From a virus, in IMG/VR virus record IMGVR_UViG_3300033233_000015, positions 32,001 through 96,000 of that record: a stretch of 64,000 nucleotides of DNA. The stretch is one strand, 5' to 3'. Each line of letters starts with the position of its first letter. Position 1 is the first letter of the stretch. This document shows, in pieces, positions 28,912-38,536 of the stretch. The position numbers and the translations under genes are program-made. The notes under the pieces are model-generated. The model saw only the letters and a program-made list of their open reading frames with translations, had not been told where the DNA came from and made no database searches.

Positions 28912-30344
28912 GCGGTGACGGCAGACGTGACGGCAGACGACACCGCGGCGTGGCCGCTCCTCCCGAGCACGAAATCGTCGACGAACTCTCCGAAGAGATC
29001 GAGGACAACGGAGAGACGCGCGCGGTCGCAAACGAGGAGACCGTCAAGCGCGAAGGTGCGCTCAACGCGGAAGCGGTGCAAAGCAACCGCCGGCGGAAGT
29101 CCATCGAGAACAAGAAGAGGGGTGGTGCCGGGACAGTTCCCTGGAACGAGTCTCGAGCGCCGCTTCTCTACGACGACATCATCGCGCTCTACCCGCCGAA
29201 CACGTTGATGATCTACGTCGAGCGTCTCTCGGGCACGCTCGCGAGCTGGTACTTGTACGGACAGCCGAAGAGCGGTCACGAGCTCTATCAGGCGATCCTC
29301 AAGCAGTGTCACGGGCGAAAAGAGGAGACCGAGTACCGCGTCGTCTTCCGCGATGCGCAGCGGAAGTTCGAACGAGGCATCGGTCGGCTCACGCTTCCGT
29401 CGACGCTCGACGACGCTACGCTCCCCGTGCAGCCTCAGGGAATGGGGATGCCGAACGGCGTGCCGCCCGCGAACTACGGGCAGCAAAACGGCTACGGTCA
29501 GCCGAACGGATATCCGCCGCAACAGCCGCCGCAGAACAACGGCTACCCGCAACAGCAGCAGCCTCCGCCGCAGAACTATCCGCAGCAAGCACCGCAGTTC
29601 GCGCAGCAACCGATGCAGCCGATGCAGCCGCAGTACGCGGGTCACTCACCGCAGGAGACGCAGGTGCTCCTCGACATGCAGCGGCAGATCGCCGAGATGA
29701 GCGGGCGAGTGACCGCGTACCTGACGCAGCAACCGATGCAGACGCCGCCTCAGCAAGATCAGCATCGACCGATCTACGATCGGCCGTCGCCGCGCTACAA
29801 CGGAAGCGTCGTACCGCCCGCTCCTCAGCCTCCGCCGCAACAGGCCATGCAGCCTCCGCCGGGGATGTACCACGTCCCCGGATTCGGCTTCGTCCCCACC
29901 GCGAAGCTCATGGAAGCGATGGGAGTCGTCGGGCCTCAGCAGCAGCAGGCTCCAGCAGCTCCTCCGCAGCCCCCGAGGAACGCTGCCGACGAGTTCCGAA
30001 GCGCGATCGGTCTCATGACCACGGTCGCCGATGCCGCGCGCACCGTGCAGTCGATTTTCCCTAGCGCAGCAAGCGCGCCCGCGGCGCCGGCCGCTAGAGA
30101 AGACGACGATCTGCCGATGAAGACGATCAAGTACGGCGACTTCAACACGGTCGTGAACAAGGAAGACGGCAGCCTGCGGATTCCAGACACGATCGCCGCG
30201 AACGGCGAGAAGATCCTCGGTTGGATCGAGAAGCAGCGCAAAGACATCCAAGCCCAACGCCAGCAACCTCAGTCGATACCCGAGCAACCGCCTCAGAACG
30301 GCATGATGCCGATGCCGCAGTATCCCGGAGAACAGCAGCGATGA
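28908..30344 (+). CDS. Gln/Pro-rich low-complexity protein
   Basis: globular N-terminus followed by Q/P/N/Y/M-rich disordered tracts. Confidence 0.75.
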   Translation: MSGDGRRDGRRHRGVAAPPEHEIVDELSEEIEDNGETRAVANEETVKREGALNAEAVQSNRRRKSIENKKRGGAGTVPWNESRAPLLYDDIIALYPPNTLMIYVERLSGTLASWYLYGQPKSGHELYQAILKQCHGRKEETEYRVVFRDAQRKFERGIGRLTLPSTLDDATLPVQPQGMGMPNGVPPANYGQQNGYGQPNGYPPQQPPQNNGYPQQQQPPPQNYPQQAPQFAQQPMQPMQPQYAGHSPQETQVLLDMQRQIAEMSGRVTAYLTQQPMQTPPQQDQHRPIYDRPSPRYNGSVVPPAPQPPPQQAMQPPPGMYHVPGFGFVPTAKLMEAMGVVGPQQQQAPAAPPQPPRNAADEFRSAIGLMTTVADAARTVQSIFPSAASAPAAPAAREDDDLPMKTIKYGDFNTVVNKEDGSLRIPDTIAANGEKILGWIEKQRKDIQAQRQQPQSIPEQPPQNGMMPMPQYPGEQQR

Positions 30345-30796
30345 AGGCGAACGTCACGATCGAATTTACCGACGAGGAGTTGAAGGACTACGGGTGGGGT
30401 CTTCTCGTCCGCGGGATCCAGTCTCTCGGCAAGATCAAGGTGTTCGACGATCCGCAGTCGGTGAGCATGATCCAAGGCATGATCAACCAGCTCATCAACG
30501 GTGCGAACGCCGCGAGATCGGGTACGCGCGTCCCGCCCGCGTGGGGTCCTCAGCCACCGATCGGATACGGACCGATGCCCACGCAACAAGCGCGCGTCGT
30601 TCCGATTCAACCGCAGATCGTTCACGACAAGTGCTTCGTGATCGAGGAGACGCGTGCGAACGAAGCAGGAATCGGGTGTCACGTCTGCGCGTCGTTCAAC
30701 GCTGCGGGACGAACCGTGTGTCGTCACTGCGGTCACGAGCTCTGCTGCGATATCCCCGGTCCCGTGATCACTCCGCCACCGAAAACACAAATGTGA
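30341..30796 (+). CDS. hypothetical protein with C-terminal zinc ribbon
   Basis: CHVCASFN..CRHCG. Confidence 0.65.
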   Translation: MKANVTIEFTDEELKDYGWGLLVRGIQSLGKIKVFDDPQSVSMIQGMINQLINGANAARSGTRVPPAWGPQPPIGYGPMPTQQARVVPIQPQIVHDKCFVIEETRANEAGIGCHVCASFNAAGRTVCRHCGHELCCDIPGPVITPPPKTQM

Positions 30797-30827
30797 CGAC
30801 CGCGCGCGCATCGCGTACGATGCGCTC

Positions 30828-31385
30828 ATGCGGGTCTACAACGTGCAGCCCGGCGACAGCCCGGCGTCGATCGCAATTTCGTACGCTGGATGCCCAAAAT
30901 GTTCGATCGATCTCGTCTCCGTGAATCCGCACAAGCCGACCGTTCGCTATCCGAACGGCTACGTGACGTTCAAGGATCTGCGCGCGGGTGAGCGGCTCTG
31001 GCTCCCCGACAAGTGGTTCAGCGGCGCGCTCGATGATTTGCCGAGCGAATATTTCGCATCGCTGCCGAGCGCCGACGGATTTCTGGCCGATCCACGGCCG
31101 AACCTGCCGCCGCCGCAAAAGGGGCCGTCCGGTCCTCCGGACTATCCGAAACCTCCTCCTCTGATCATCTCGCCCGTGGCACCGTATCGGCCGCCGCCCT
31201 TGGCGCCGGTGCCCGATCCGTCCAAGCAGAAGCCGCCGAACGCTGGTGGCGGAGGATCGGCGGGCGGCGGAACCCCAGGAGAGACGACGCCGTCGGAGTC
31301 GGGCATGAGCACCGGAGCGAAGGTCGCCATCGGATTCGCAGTCGCCGCAGCAGGAGGGTTCGCACTATGGACTTTGGCGAAGTAA
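30828..31385 (+). CDS. LysM-domain, Pro-rich, tail-anchored membrane protein
   Basis: YNVQPGDSPASIA...LRAGERLWLP; C-terminal TM. Confidence 0.8.
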   Translation: MRVYNVQPGDSPASIAISYAGCPKCSIDLVSVNPHKPTVRYPNGYVTFKDLRAGERLWLPDKWFSGALDDLPSEYFASLPSADGFLADPRPNLPPPQKGPSGPPDYPKPPPLIISPVAPYRPPPLAPVPDPSKQKPPNAGGGGSAGGGTPGETTPSESGMSTGAKVAIGFAVAAAGGFALWTLAK

Positions 31386-31585
31386 GCATCCACGGTCGTT
31401 CGGTCGCCGAGCTCGGAATGCTCGGTGCTGACGTCAACGTCACGAACTGCCCCGCCTGCTCGTGCAGCGGGTATTTTTGGGCGGGCATGTTCCTCGGAGC
31501 GGGCACGCTCTACATCACGACCGCAGTGCTCGGCGCTGCTGCGATCTTCGGATCGACGGTCGCGTACAAGCGGATGAATCCGTGA
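31367..31585 (+). CDS. small membrane protein with GRSV..LG leader
   Basis: MDFGEVSIHGRSVAELGMLG, then TM. Confidence 0.6.
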   Translation: MDFGEVSIHGRSVAELGMLGADVNVTNCPACSCSGYFWAGMFLGAGTLYITTAVLGAAAIFGSTVAYKRMNP

Positions 31586-31589
31586 GCTC

Positions 31590-32234
31590 GTGATGGACTT
31601 CGGGAGCGAACTCTCTTTCGGTGGTCGTTCCGTCGAAGGATTCGGGCTCGGCACGTTTCTTCGCCAGCCGTCCGTCGAGGATCTTCGCAACCTCATCAAC
31701 GCCAAAGACTACGAGCTGAATCAAATCTACAAGCACTACATGGCCTTCTGGCAGATGTGGGAGACCGTAGATTTGCCGGCCAAGCTCGATTGGGCCAACG
31801 ACTGGAACGCGCTTCTCGCAAGATACAAGAAGGCAAAGGAGACCGCGCAGTGGGCGTTCGACAAGGCGGCGGGGCAGCCGTGGCCGGACTCGGTCATCCT
31901 GGCTCCCGACGAATGGAACACCGTGCTTCGAGCGCTGAGAAAAAATTGGGACGGCAAGACGGGGGGTACGCTGGAGAAGGGTGATGAGGCCGATCTCGAA
32001 TTTCGCCTTTCGGCTGCGAGCCACAAGAGCAGCGACTTCTCGCACGAGCCGCAACCGACGGGCGACGTCGATCTCGAGATTTTCAAAGCCGCCGACAAGG
32101 CGACCAAGGGGATCGAAACCGTCGCGGGTAAAATCGCCAACTACGTCCCGATCGGACTCGCCATCGGGGCAGGCATCTTGGTGCTCGTAGCGGGGGCCTA
32201 CGTCATCGCTCTCTTGCCCAAGTCGAGATCATGA
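31590..32234 (+). CDS. tail-anchored membrane protein with GGRSVEGFGLG leader
   Basis: helical body, C-terminal TM. Confidence 0.7.
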   Translation: MMDFGSELSFGGRSVEGFGLGTFLRQPSVEDLRNLINAKDYELNQIYKHYMAFWQMWETVDLPAKLDWANDWNALLARYKKAKETAQWAFDKAAGQPWPDSVILAPDEWNTVLRALRKNWDGKTGGTLEKGDEADLEFRLSAASHKSSDFSHEPQPTGDVDLEIFKAADKATKGIETVAGKIANYVPIGLAIGAGILVLVAGAYVIALLPKSRS

Positions 32235-32578
32235 AGTCCAGCACGAAGACCCTCATCGCGGCCGGCGCGGGCGCGGCGATCGTCGGATTGATCGCGGTGA
32301 TCGCTTCTCCGAAGTCGAACGCCAGCTCGGGACAGGTTCAAGTCCTGCACGGTCACCGATACCGACTCTCGCACGTGTACCCATCGGGAACGCAGCCTCC
32401 GAGCGTCGCGGTGATGCAGCAGAAGATCGATGTTCTGATGCCGAACACGTGGAGAGTTGTCTCCTCGTCGTTCGACATAGACAGATCGGTCGGGACGTTC
32501 ATCGCCGACATGATCGGTCAGACGCACTACGAAATGACGGTCGGCGGATCGATCGAAGACATGGGGCCGACGCCATGA
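32231..32578 (+). CDS. N-terminally anchored membrane protein
   Basis: LIAAGAGAAIVGLIAVIA. Confidence 0.65.
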   Translation: MKSSTKTLIAAGAGAAIVGLIAVIASPKSNASSGQVQVLHGHRYRLSHVYPSGTQPPSVAVMQQKIDVLMPNTWRVVSSSFDIDRSVGTFIADMIGQTHYEMTVGGSIEDMGPTP

Positions 32579-33279
32579 CCATTTTTTTCGGAGGTAGACC
32601 CGTACGCGGCTTCGGTCTCGAGGATTCGGGACCGACACCGATCCCTCTCTGCGGTTTTCCGAACACGCCCGACTGCGACAGGTTCACGCTCAAGACGGGC
32701 CACCGCTACGTCGCTGGAGGCATCTTCCTCTATCGCTACAAGCCCGACTTCCCGATGGCGGAGGAAGAGAAGCAGGATTTCATCTCGAGCTTCGGCGGCG
32801 CGATGATGGTCGATTGGGTGAAAGCGCTTGGGCCGCCGAACGATCTCGGTGCAGCAGCGCCTCAGGGATTTCAGTGGGCTCTTTCGGTGATCTTCCAGGG
32901 CTACGCCAAGCGCGATCAGATCCTCATCAACGGACAGACGGAGACGTGGCTCGTTGCTGCGCAGGTGCCCGACAACGTCACGCCTCCGCCCGAACCTCCT
33001 GCGCCGACACCGCCGAGCGTCACGGAGCACCGAGGCGTGAAGATCATCTACCAGCTGGTGCCTGGTGGCGGATGCGTCGCTGCGTTCGTTACGCAGCAGG
33101 GGAGCTTCGACGTGCAAGACGTCGACTGCGACGGTGCCATCGCGAAGGCGAAGGCGAAACTCGACTCGATGATGGGCGGCGGCGCGAGCCCCTCTTCCTC
33201 GAGCCACACCGGCATCATCGTCGGCATCGCGGCGGGCGTCGTCCTCGCGGGAGCTGCCCTGATCGCAACATCGAGATGA
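32575..33279 (+). CDS. tail-anchored membrane protein with GGRPVRGFGL leader
   Basis: C-terminal GIIVGIAAGVVLAGAALIA. Confidence 0.7.
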   Translation: MTIFFGGRPVRGFGLEDSGPTPIPLCGFPNTPDCDRFTLKTGHRYVAGGIFLYRYKPDFPMAEEEKQDFISSFGGAMMVDWVKALGPPNDLGAAAPQGFQWALSVIFQGYAKRDQILINGQTETWLVAAQVPDNVTPPPEPPAPTPPSVTEHRGVKIIYQLVPGGGCVAAFVTQQGSFDVQDVDCDGAIAKAKAKLDSMMGGGASPSSSSHTGIIVGIAAGVVLAGAALIATSR

Positions 33280-33953
33280 AGCGTGCATGGATCGTCGCCG
33301 GCGGAGCGGGAATCGCCATCGCGACGGTAGCGATCGTGAGGTCTCGACACGCGCGCGCGCAGTCGAGACCAGACTTCAATCGCTCCGTGCTTGCTCGAGC
33401 CGAAAGCGATCTCGGTGTCATCGAGACGTCACCCAACAGCGGGCCACGCGTGGACGAGATGCTGAGATCGGTCGGGATCAACGTACCCGCCAACTGGTGC
33501 GCGGCGGCCGTGTCGACATGGGTTCGGGAAGCAGCGCGCGAGCTCGGCGTTGGCGTGCCCATCGCGGGGTCTGCGAGCGTGCTTTCGATCGTTCAAGAGA
33601 TGCGCGATCCGAACAACCCAAAGGTCGGATGGATCGAAACAACAGACCTGCGCGCGCATCCTGAGCGCGTGCGGCCAGGGATGATCGTGGCGTGGACGCG
33701 CGGTCTGCCTGGCAGCGGCTTGGGACACATCGGTATCGTCGAGAGCAGCGACAGCCGAGGCGCGTTCGTACACATCGACGGCAACGCGGGCGCTAACGCT
33801 GATCGCGTCGCCAAAGGCACAAGCGATCTCTCGAGCGCGTCGCTGATCGGGATGGGGTTCTTCCGCGACATCGCTGTCGGACTCGGCGACTACAACTTCG
33901 CGCTCGGCTACTACAACGATCCGCCGGGGGCTCTCCTTTTTCCGCTATCCTGA
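33276..33953 (+). CDS. CHAP/NlpC-type peptidoglycan amidase with N-terminal anchor
   Basis: NWCAAAVS, GHIGIV, HIDGN. Confidence 0.8.
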   Translation: MKRAWIVAGGAGIAIATVAIVRSRHARAQSRPDFNRSVLARAESDLGVIETSPNSGPRVDEMLRSVGINVPANWCAAAVSTWVREAARELGVGVPIAGSASVLSIVQEMRDPNNPKVGWIETTDLRAHPERVRPGMIVAWTRGLPGSGLGHIGIVESSDSRGAFVHIDGNAGANADRVAKGTSDLSSASLIGMGFFRDIAVGLGDYNFALGYYNDPPGALLFPLS

Positions 33954-33958
33954 AGATC

Positions 33959-34618
33959 ATGATCGAGAAGCCCGTACCTGGCGTCCTCGCGAGACCTCAC
34001 CCCGGCGGCAAACGCGGAGCGATGATCTCGCTCGACGAGACCGCGAAAGGCGCGTGGCGCGATCGGATGTCGCCGCGGCTTCGCGCGTGGGCTACGCAGC
34101 AGCTCGACAAGTGTGGCCGTCCCACGGGGAAACGCGCACGCGTGCAGTGCCTCCTCGACGCCTTCCGCAAGAAGGTGCCCTATCTGGCCGATCCGAAGTG
34201 GGGTGAGTTCATCGCGAGCTCCGACCAGCTTCTCTGCGTGGACGAAGACAAGAACCTCTGCTTCATCGGCGCCGACTGCGAAGAGCACGCTCGAGCGATG
34301 GCGGCCCTCTGTCTCTGCATCGGGATTGACGCGATGATCGTGGGCCAGTCGTCACGAGATCCCGCCGACGTCCCCACGCACGTCTACTTCGCGTTCAAAG
34401 ACGATCTCGATTCGTGGGTCCGAGGCGACTCGACGACGACGTATCCGGTGGGCAGGGTCGCTCCGTACCTTCGCGAGTGGTGGGTCGATCCGTCCGAGGG
34501 TGTCGCTGAGGCGGGGCTCGGCGACATCGTCGTGATGGGCGCCACGGATGGTTTGCAGGATGCACCTAAAAATGGTGCGGTCTACACGGGTCGATACGCG
34601 GGGCTGTTCTCGAAATGA
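33959..34618 (+). CDS. transglutaminase-like Cys-His-Asp enzyme
   Basis: GADCEEHA, THVYF, WVRGDST. Confidence 0.7.
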   Translation: MIEKPVPGVLARPHPGGKRGAMISLDETAKGAWRDRMSPRLRAWATQQLDKCGRPTGKRARVQCLLDAFRKKVPYLADPKWGEFIASSDQLLCVDEDKNLCFIGADCEEHARAMAALCLCIGIDAMIVGQSSRDPADVPTHVYFAFKDDLDSWVRGDSTTTYPVGRVAPYLREWWVDPSEGVAEAGLGDIVVMGATDGLQDAPKNGAVYTGRYAGLFSK

Positions 34619-35049
34619 GCCGTTCGCGGCGAAGAGTGAAAATTCTCGGTGACGACGTCGCTCTGTCGATTGTCGATCGTGAGCCGTTGGTGTTCCCTAA
34701 GGATCACGTACTCATCTTCGATCCGAGTGGGCGATCGATCGGGAAATGCTGCCTCGTCATCGGCCCCGCGCGCTTCACCAACGATCCGATTTCTAATTTT
34801 TCCAAATTCGATCGCGGTTGGTACGGCGACGACTACGAACGTCGATTGGCTTTCGTTGACGTTCCCGAAGATCACTGGCACTCTTTCGATCGCGTGGACG
34901 AGATCACCTACTTCCGATACGGAGAGCTCGAGGGAGATTTCACGCATCCCTTCCGCGAACCGCAGCAGCTCTTGAAGAGCAGGAAGTGGCACATGCTCGT
35001 CCTCTCGTCCGATTGCAGAATCACTCGTCGCGGGATCGAGGAACCGTGA
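34615..35049 (+). CDS. hypothetical protein
   Basis: coupled start. Confidence 0.6.
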   Translation: MSRSRRRVKILGDDVALSIVDREPLVFPKDHVLIFDPSGRSIGKCCLVIGPARFTNDPISNFSKFDRGWYGDDYERRLAFVDVPEDHWHSFDRVDEITYFRYGELEGDFTHPFREPQQLLKSRKWHMLVLSSDCRITRRGIEEP

Positions 35050-36468
35050 ATGGCGTCCTACGCGGATTGGCTCTCAGAGATGTCTCGACGGCGACCTCGC
35101 CGTCGTCGCGCTCGACGATCCGCCGCGCCCGTCGCCTCTTCCCGATCCTCTACATCCCGAACGTCGCCGAAGCGTCCTGCGAAAAAAAAGAAGACCAAGC
35201 AAACCGCCGGCTCCGGCGGACGTAAAACGAAACAAGGAGTGACCATGGCCCGTCGCCGTCGCCGAAAGCACGCCAAGAGCCCCGTCGCAGAGACCCGTCG
35301 TCGTCGCCGGCGAGCCGCAGCCCCGAAACGTCGTCGCCGTCGGGCGCGAGAAGCGGCGGTGGCGCAAGCTCCGCGTCGGCGTCGTCGCGCGCGTCGTCGC
35401 GCGGCACGGTCGTGGTTCGGCAACGCCCCCGGACATCGTCGAGCCGCGAAGAAGGGCTGGCGTAAGAAACGCAGCAGCGGTCGTCGGCGTCGAAGCCGCG
35501 AGGTGAGCGAGGCTCCGCGCCGCCGCCGCCCGAGCCGTCGTCGGGGTCGTCACTACCGAGAGGCCGCGCACGAGGCGCGTCGCGGCGGGTACTCCCGACG
35601 TCGGCGCCACGCGCGCAACAACCCGGCGATGAACGGAGGCGAGCTCGCCATCGCGTTCATCGCGGGCGGTCTCGGCTTCACGCTCGCCGACTTCGCCGAT
35701 CGGTACTTCGCCACGTACGATCCGTCGGCGACGGGCGAACTGCCGAAGGACAAGTTCACGGGCGGCAACGGCACGATGGCGAACACGCTCAACATCGCCG
35801 CGCCGCCAGGCTTCCTTCGAATCGGCGTCGGCGTCGCGCTGACGGCTCTTCCGGGGGTCGGCGCGTACCTCGTCAAGAACTCGATGGCGAAGGCCGCGCT
35901 CCACGGCATGATGATCGGCGCGGGCATCAAGCTCTTCTCGACGCTCTTCAATGCGTTCGTGATGGGCAACCTGCTCAAGCCGGGACCGCAGGACGATCCG
36001 AAGAAGTCGCTCGGAGCGCGCCTCTACCCGGCCGAGATCACCGCGGCGCAGAACATGTCGAACAGCCCCGCGACGATGGCCTCGCCGTTCAACCCCGGCC
36101 TCGCGGCTCGTCCTCAGCAACGCGACGTCGGACCCTTCGCACTCGCGCAGGATCCGAGCGCGTTCGCTCCCGCACCGAGCGCGCCGCCCGTGAACGTCGC
36201 GCCGAGCCCTCCGCCCGTGAACGTGGACAGACCGCCATCGAACGGCGGCGGTCCGCCCGTGAACGTGGACAGACCGCCATCGAACGGCGGCGGTCCGCCC
36301 GTCGTCATGAGCCCGCCCATGGGTCCGCCGCCCTCGAGCGGACCGCCCGCGCGATCGGGCGGATCCTGCCCCGCCTGCAAAGGCGAGAGCGGGGCGTGCG
36401 GCTGCCTCGGATCGCAACCTCAAGCGCAGACGAACTACGCCTACCTCGGCGTCATCAACGAATCGTGA
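35050..36468 (+). CDS. Arg-rich (protamine-like) membrane protein, putative DNA-condensing core protein; alternative start 35245
   Basis: poly-Arg N-terminus, three hydrophobic segments, Pro-rich tail; AAGGAG RBS before ATG 35245. Confidence 0.7.
   Translation: MASYADWLSEMSRRRPRRRRARRSAAPVASSRSSTSRTSPKRPAKKKKTKQTAGSGGRKTKQGVTMARRRRRKHAKSPVAETRRRRRRAAAPKRRRRRAREAAVAQAPRRRRRARRRAARSWFGNAPGHRRAAKKGWRKKRSSGRRRRSREVSEAPRRRRPSRRRGRHYREAAHEARRGGYSRRRRHARNNPAMNGGELAIAFIAGGLGFTLADFADRYFATYDPSATGELPKDKFTGGNGTMANTLNIAAPPGFLRIGVGVALTALPGVGAYLVKNSMAKAALHGMMIGAGIKLFSTLFNAFVMGNLLKPGPQDDPKKSLGARLYPAEITAAQNMSNSPATMASPFNPGLAARPQQRDVGPFALAQDPSAFAPAPSAPPVNVAPSPPPVNVDRPPSNGGGPPVNVDRPPSNGGGPPVVMSPPMGPPPSSGPPARSGGSCPACKGESGACGCLGSQPQAQTNYAYLGVINES
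36211..36302 (+). repeat. perfect 42-nt tandem duplication (PPVNVDRPPSNGGG x2)
   Basis: 36211-36252 is identical to 36253-36294. Confidence 0.95.
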
Positions 36469-36524
36469 TGGAGAGAGCCTGCGGCTGACCGACTGAAACG
36501 GCAGGCTCGGAAAGAAAGACGACC

Positions 36525-37775
36525 ATGGAAGCTCAAGTGAAGAAGTCGATGACGAAAGCTCGGTTCGGCCAGGACCGCGATCGGGTGAAGCGCGTTCCCT
36601 TCGGTCTCGGCGACGCGCCAAGCTCCGACGCGCTCAACAAGACGCTCCGTTGCTCCTTCGGCAACGTGCCCGTCATCGAGGAGGTCGTTTGGACGATTCC
36701 TCTCCCGCTCTCCGAAGCGGAAGCGCAGAGCACGTTCGGCGACATCATCAACGTGCTCACCTCGCAGGCGAACGTGCCGGGTGTCGCGTCGATCGACTCG
36801 ACGTTCCTGCTCAACGGCATCCTGCAGACGGACCTCTACACGCAGGGCGTCGGCGTGCACGTCTTCTGCGAGCCGATGCAGCTCGCGACGATCGGCAACG
36901 CTTGGACGTCGCCGCCCACGGCCGGCGCCGTTCCGCCGCCGTCCCCCGACGTCTTCACGCTGAACGATGTCGCCGGCGGCGCGCTCGGTCTCGCGCAAGG
37001 CACCACGATGGTGCCCGCCGCCTTCGATTGGGGCGGCGAGGTGTGGCGCGCGGGCTGGAACTTCATCAACGCGTACCAGTTCCAGTGGAAGACGAGCCAG
37101 CGCGAGCTCGTCTTGAACGAGCTGGCGGCCGACGTCTCGTACTTCGGCAGCTTCGCGGACGCGGAGGCGGCGGGCACCAGCGAGTTCCCGATCGCGGAGC
37201 TCGTCGCGCGCACGAACGCCGTCTACCGCTCGAAGGCGTCGGGGTTCACCTTCCTCCCCGTGAACTTCCGCCGCGTCGGAAGCGTCACGGTGGCGGCGGC
37301 CAACGTCGGCATCTTCCACCCGACGCGCGACTTCGACCTCGCGCCCGTCACCTGGGGCGGTCTCCGCTGGCAGGGGTACGGCTGCAAGGGTCAGATGTAC
37401 CGGATGATCGAGAACCCGTGCTTCCTCGAGCGCGCGATTCCGATCGGCATGCAGTTCATCGTGCAGGATCCGGTGCACCAGGCCGCGATGCTCGAAGCGC
37501 TCACGATGGACAACTCGCTGCTCGGGACGAACATCAGCCCCGACACGAACATCAGCTGCGCGAACACGACGACGGGCGCGAACGTCATGCTCGAGCAGAC
37601 GCTCGACTCGCCGCCCGTGAACACGCCGCAGCAGGTGACGCTCTGCCGTCAGGTCTTCAAGGGCGGCATCCTCAAGATCGGCATCAAGCTCAAGGGGTGG
37701 GAGTTCCCCGCTCCGTGGCGTCTCTGGTGCCAGCAGAACGCGCCGCAGCTCGTCTCCTGCCCCGCGCAGAGCTGA
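36525..37775 (+). CDS. candidate major capsid / major structural protein
   Basis: 416 aa, beta-rich, strongly biased codons, follows the Arg-rich protein and is followed by a strong hairpin; no HK97 motifs recognised. Confidence 0.45.
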   Translation: MEAQVKKSMTKARFGQDRDRVKRVPFGLGDAPSSDALNKTLRCSFGNVPVIEEVVWTIPLPLSEAEAQSTFGDIINVLTSQANVPGVASIDSTFLLNGILQTDLYTQGVGVHVFCEPMQLATIGNAWTSPPTAGAVPPPSPDVFTLNDVAGGALGLAQGTTMVPAAFDWGGEVWRAGWNFINAYQFQWKTSQRELVLNELAADVSYFGSFADAEAAGTSEFPIAELVARTNAVYRSKASGFTFLPVNFRRVGSVTVAAANVGIFHPTRDFDLAPVTWGGLRWQGYGCKGQMYRMIENPCFLERAIPIGMQFIVQDPVHQAAMLEALTMDNSLLGTNISPDTNISCANTTTGANVMLEQTLDSPPVNTPQQVTLCRQVFKGGILKIGIKLKGWEFPAPWRLWCQQNAPQLVSCPAQS

Positions 37776-37796
37776 GCCAAGCAGCGTGACTAGACC

Positions 37797-37838
37797 GCGA
37801 CGGGCGGCGCGGATTTCTGCGCCGCCCGTTGCCGTTTC
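37797..37838 (+). terminator. GC-rich hairpin (terminator/attenuator or mRNA stabiliser)
   Basis: ACGGGCGGCGC (37800-37810) / GCGCCGCCCGT (37819-37829), short T tract. Confidence 0.65.
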
Positions 37839-37849
37839 AGGAGAGCCCG

Positions 37850-38536
37850 ATGCTGCCGCGTGACCTCCAGATAAAGAATCTCGCTTGGATCTCCCCCAAG
37901 ATCGCCTACGGTCTCGTGGCGCAGGTTCCCCGTGTGCCGTTCGTCGGTCCCATCACGACGAACCCCGGCGTTCCGTCGCCCGTCGTACCGATTCAGTTCA
38001 CCGCGAACTGGCTCGCTCCGCCCGCGCTGCCTCCGGGCAATCCGCCGAACAACATCGGCATCAACCCGATCATCCAAGGCACGCTTCAGAACAACGTGAC
38101 GCAGGACACGCTGATCGAGCGCATCGTGTACTCGCTCTGGCAACCGAACGCGTTCTCGACGCCGCCGTCTCCGTTCCAGACGCTATACCTGTCGCAGCTC
38201 AAGAGCTCCACGGGCGTCGATGTCCTGCTCGATGTCTACGGAAGCCCGAAGTACCGCGTGTGCGACTTCTTGCCGCTCGAGAACCTCGCTGACGTGCTCG
38301 CCGTCACGTGGCCCAACGGATGGCCGCTGCGCAAGCAGGAGAACGTCAAAGTGCAGGCCGTGCTCACCAGACCGCAGCCCGGAACGGTCGAAGCCCCCGT
38401 CGGCATCCCGTACTTCGTGAACATGGCGCTCGTCGGATGGCAGTTCGTCGGGAAGGAGATCGACGACATGTCCGACGACGAGGCGCGTCGGCGTCTCAAA
38501 GCGATGGGGATCGAAGTCCCTGAGGTGCCGCGATGA
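37850..38536 (+). CDS. putative structural protein, paralogue A
   Basis: AGGAG RBS; aligns end to end with 38533..39156. Confidence 0.7.
   Translation: MLPRDLQIKNLAWISPKIAYGLVAQVPRVPFVGPITTNPGVPSPVVPIQFTANWLAPPALPPGNPPNNIGINPIIQGTLQNNVTQDTLIERIVYSLWQPNAFSTPPSPFQTLYLSQLKSSTGVDVLLDVYGSPKYRVCDFLPLENLADVLAVTWPNGWPLRKQENVKVQAVLTRPQPGTVEAPVGIPYFVNMALVGWQFVGKEIDDMSDDEARRRLKAMGIEVPEVPR

Noticed and set aside
35074-36621. long minus-strand ORF (also 16273..17697, 49407..50825, 61297..62832 and similar)
   Set aside because: antisense shadows of + strand genes in high-GC DNA; no motifs or RBS
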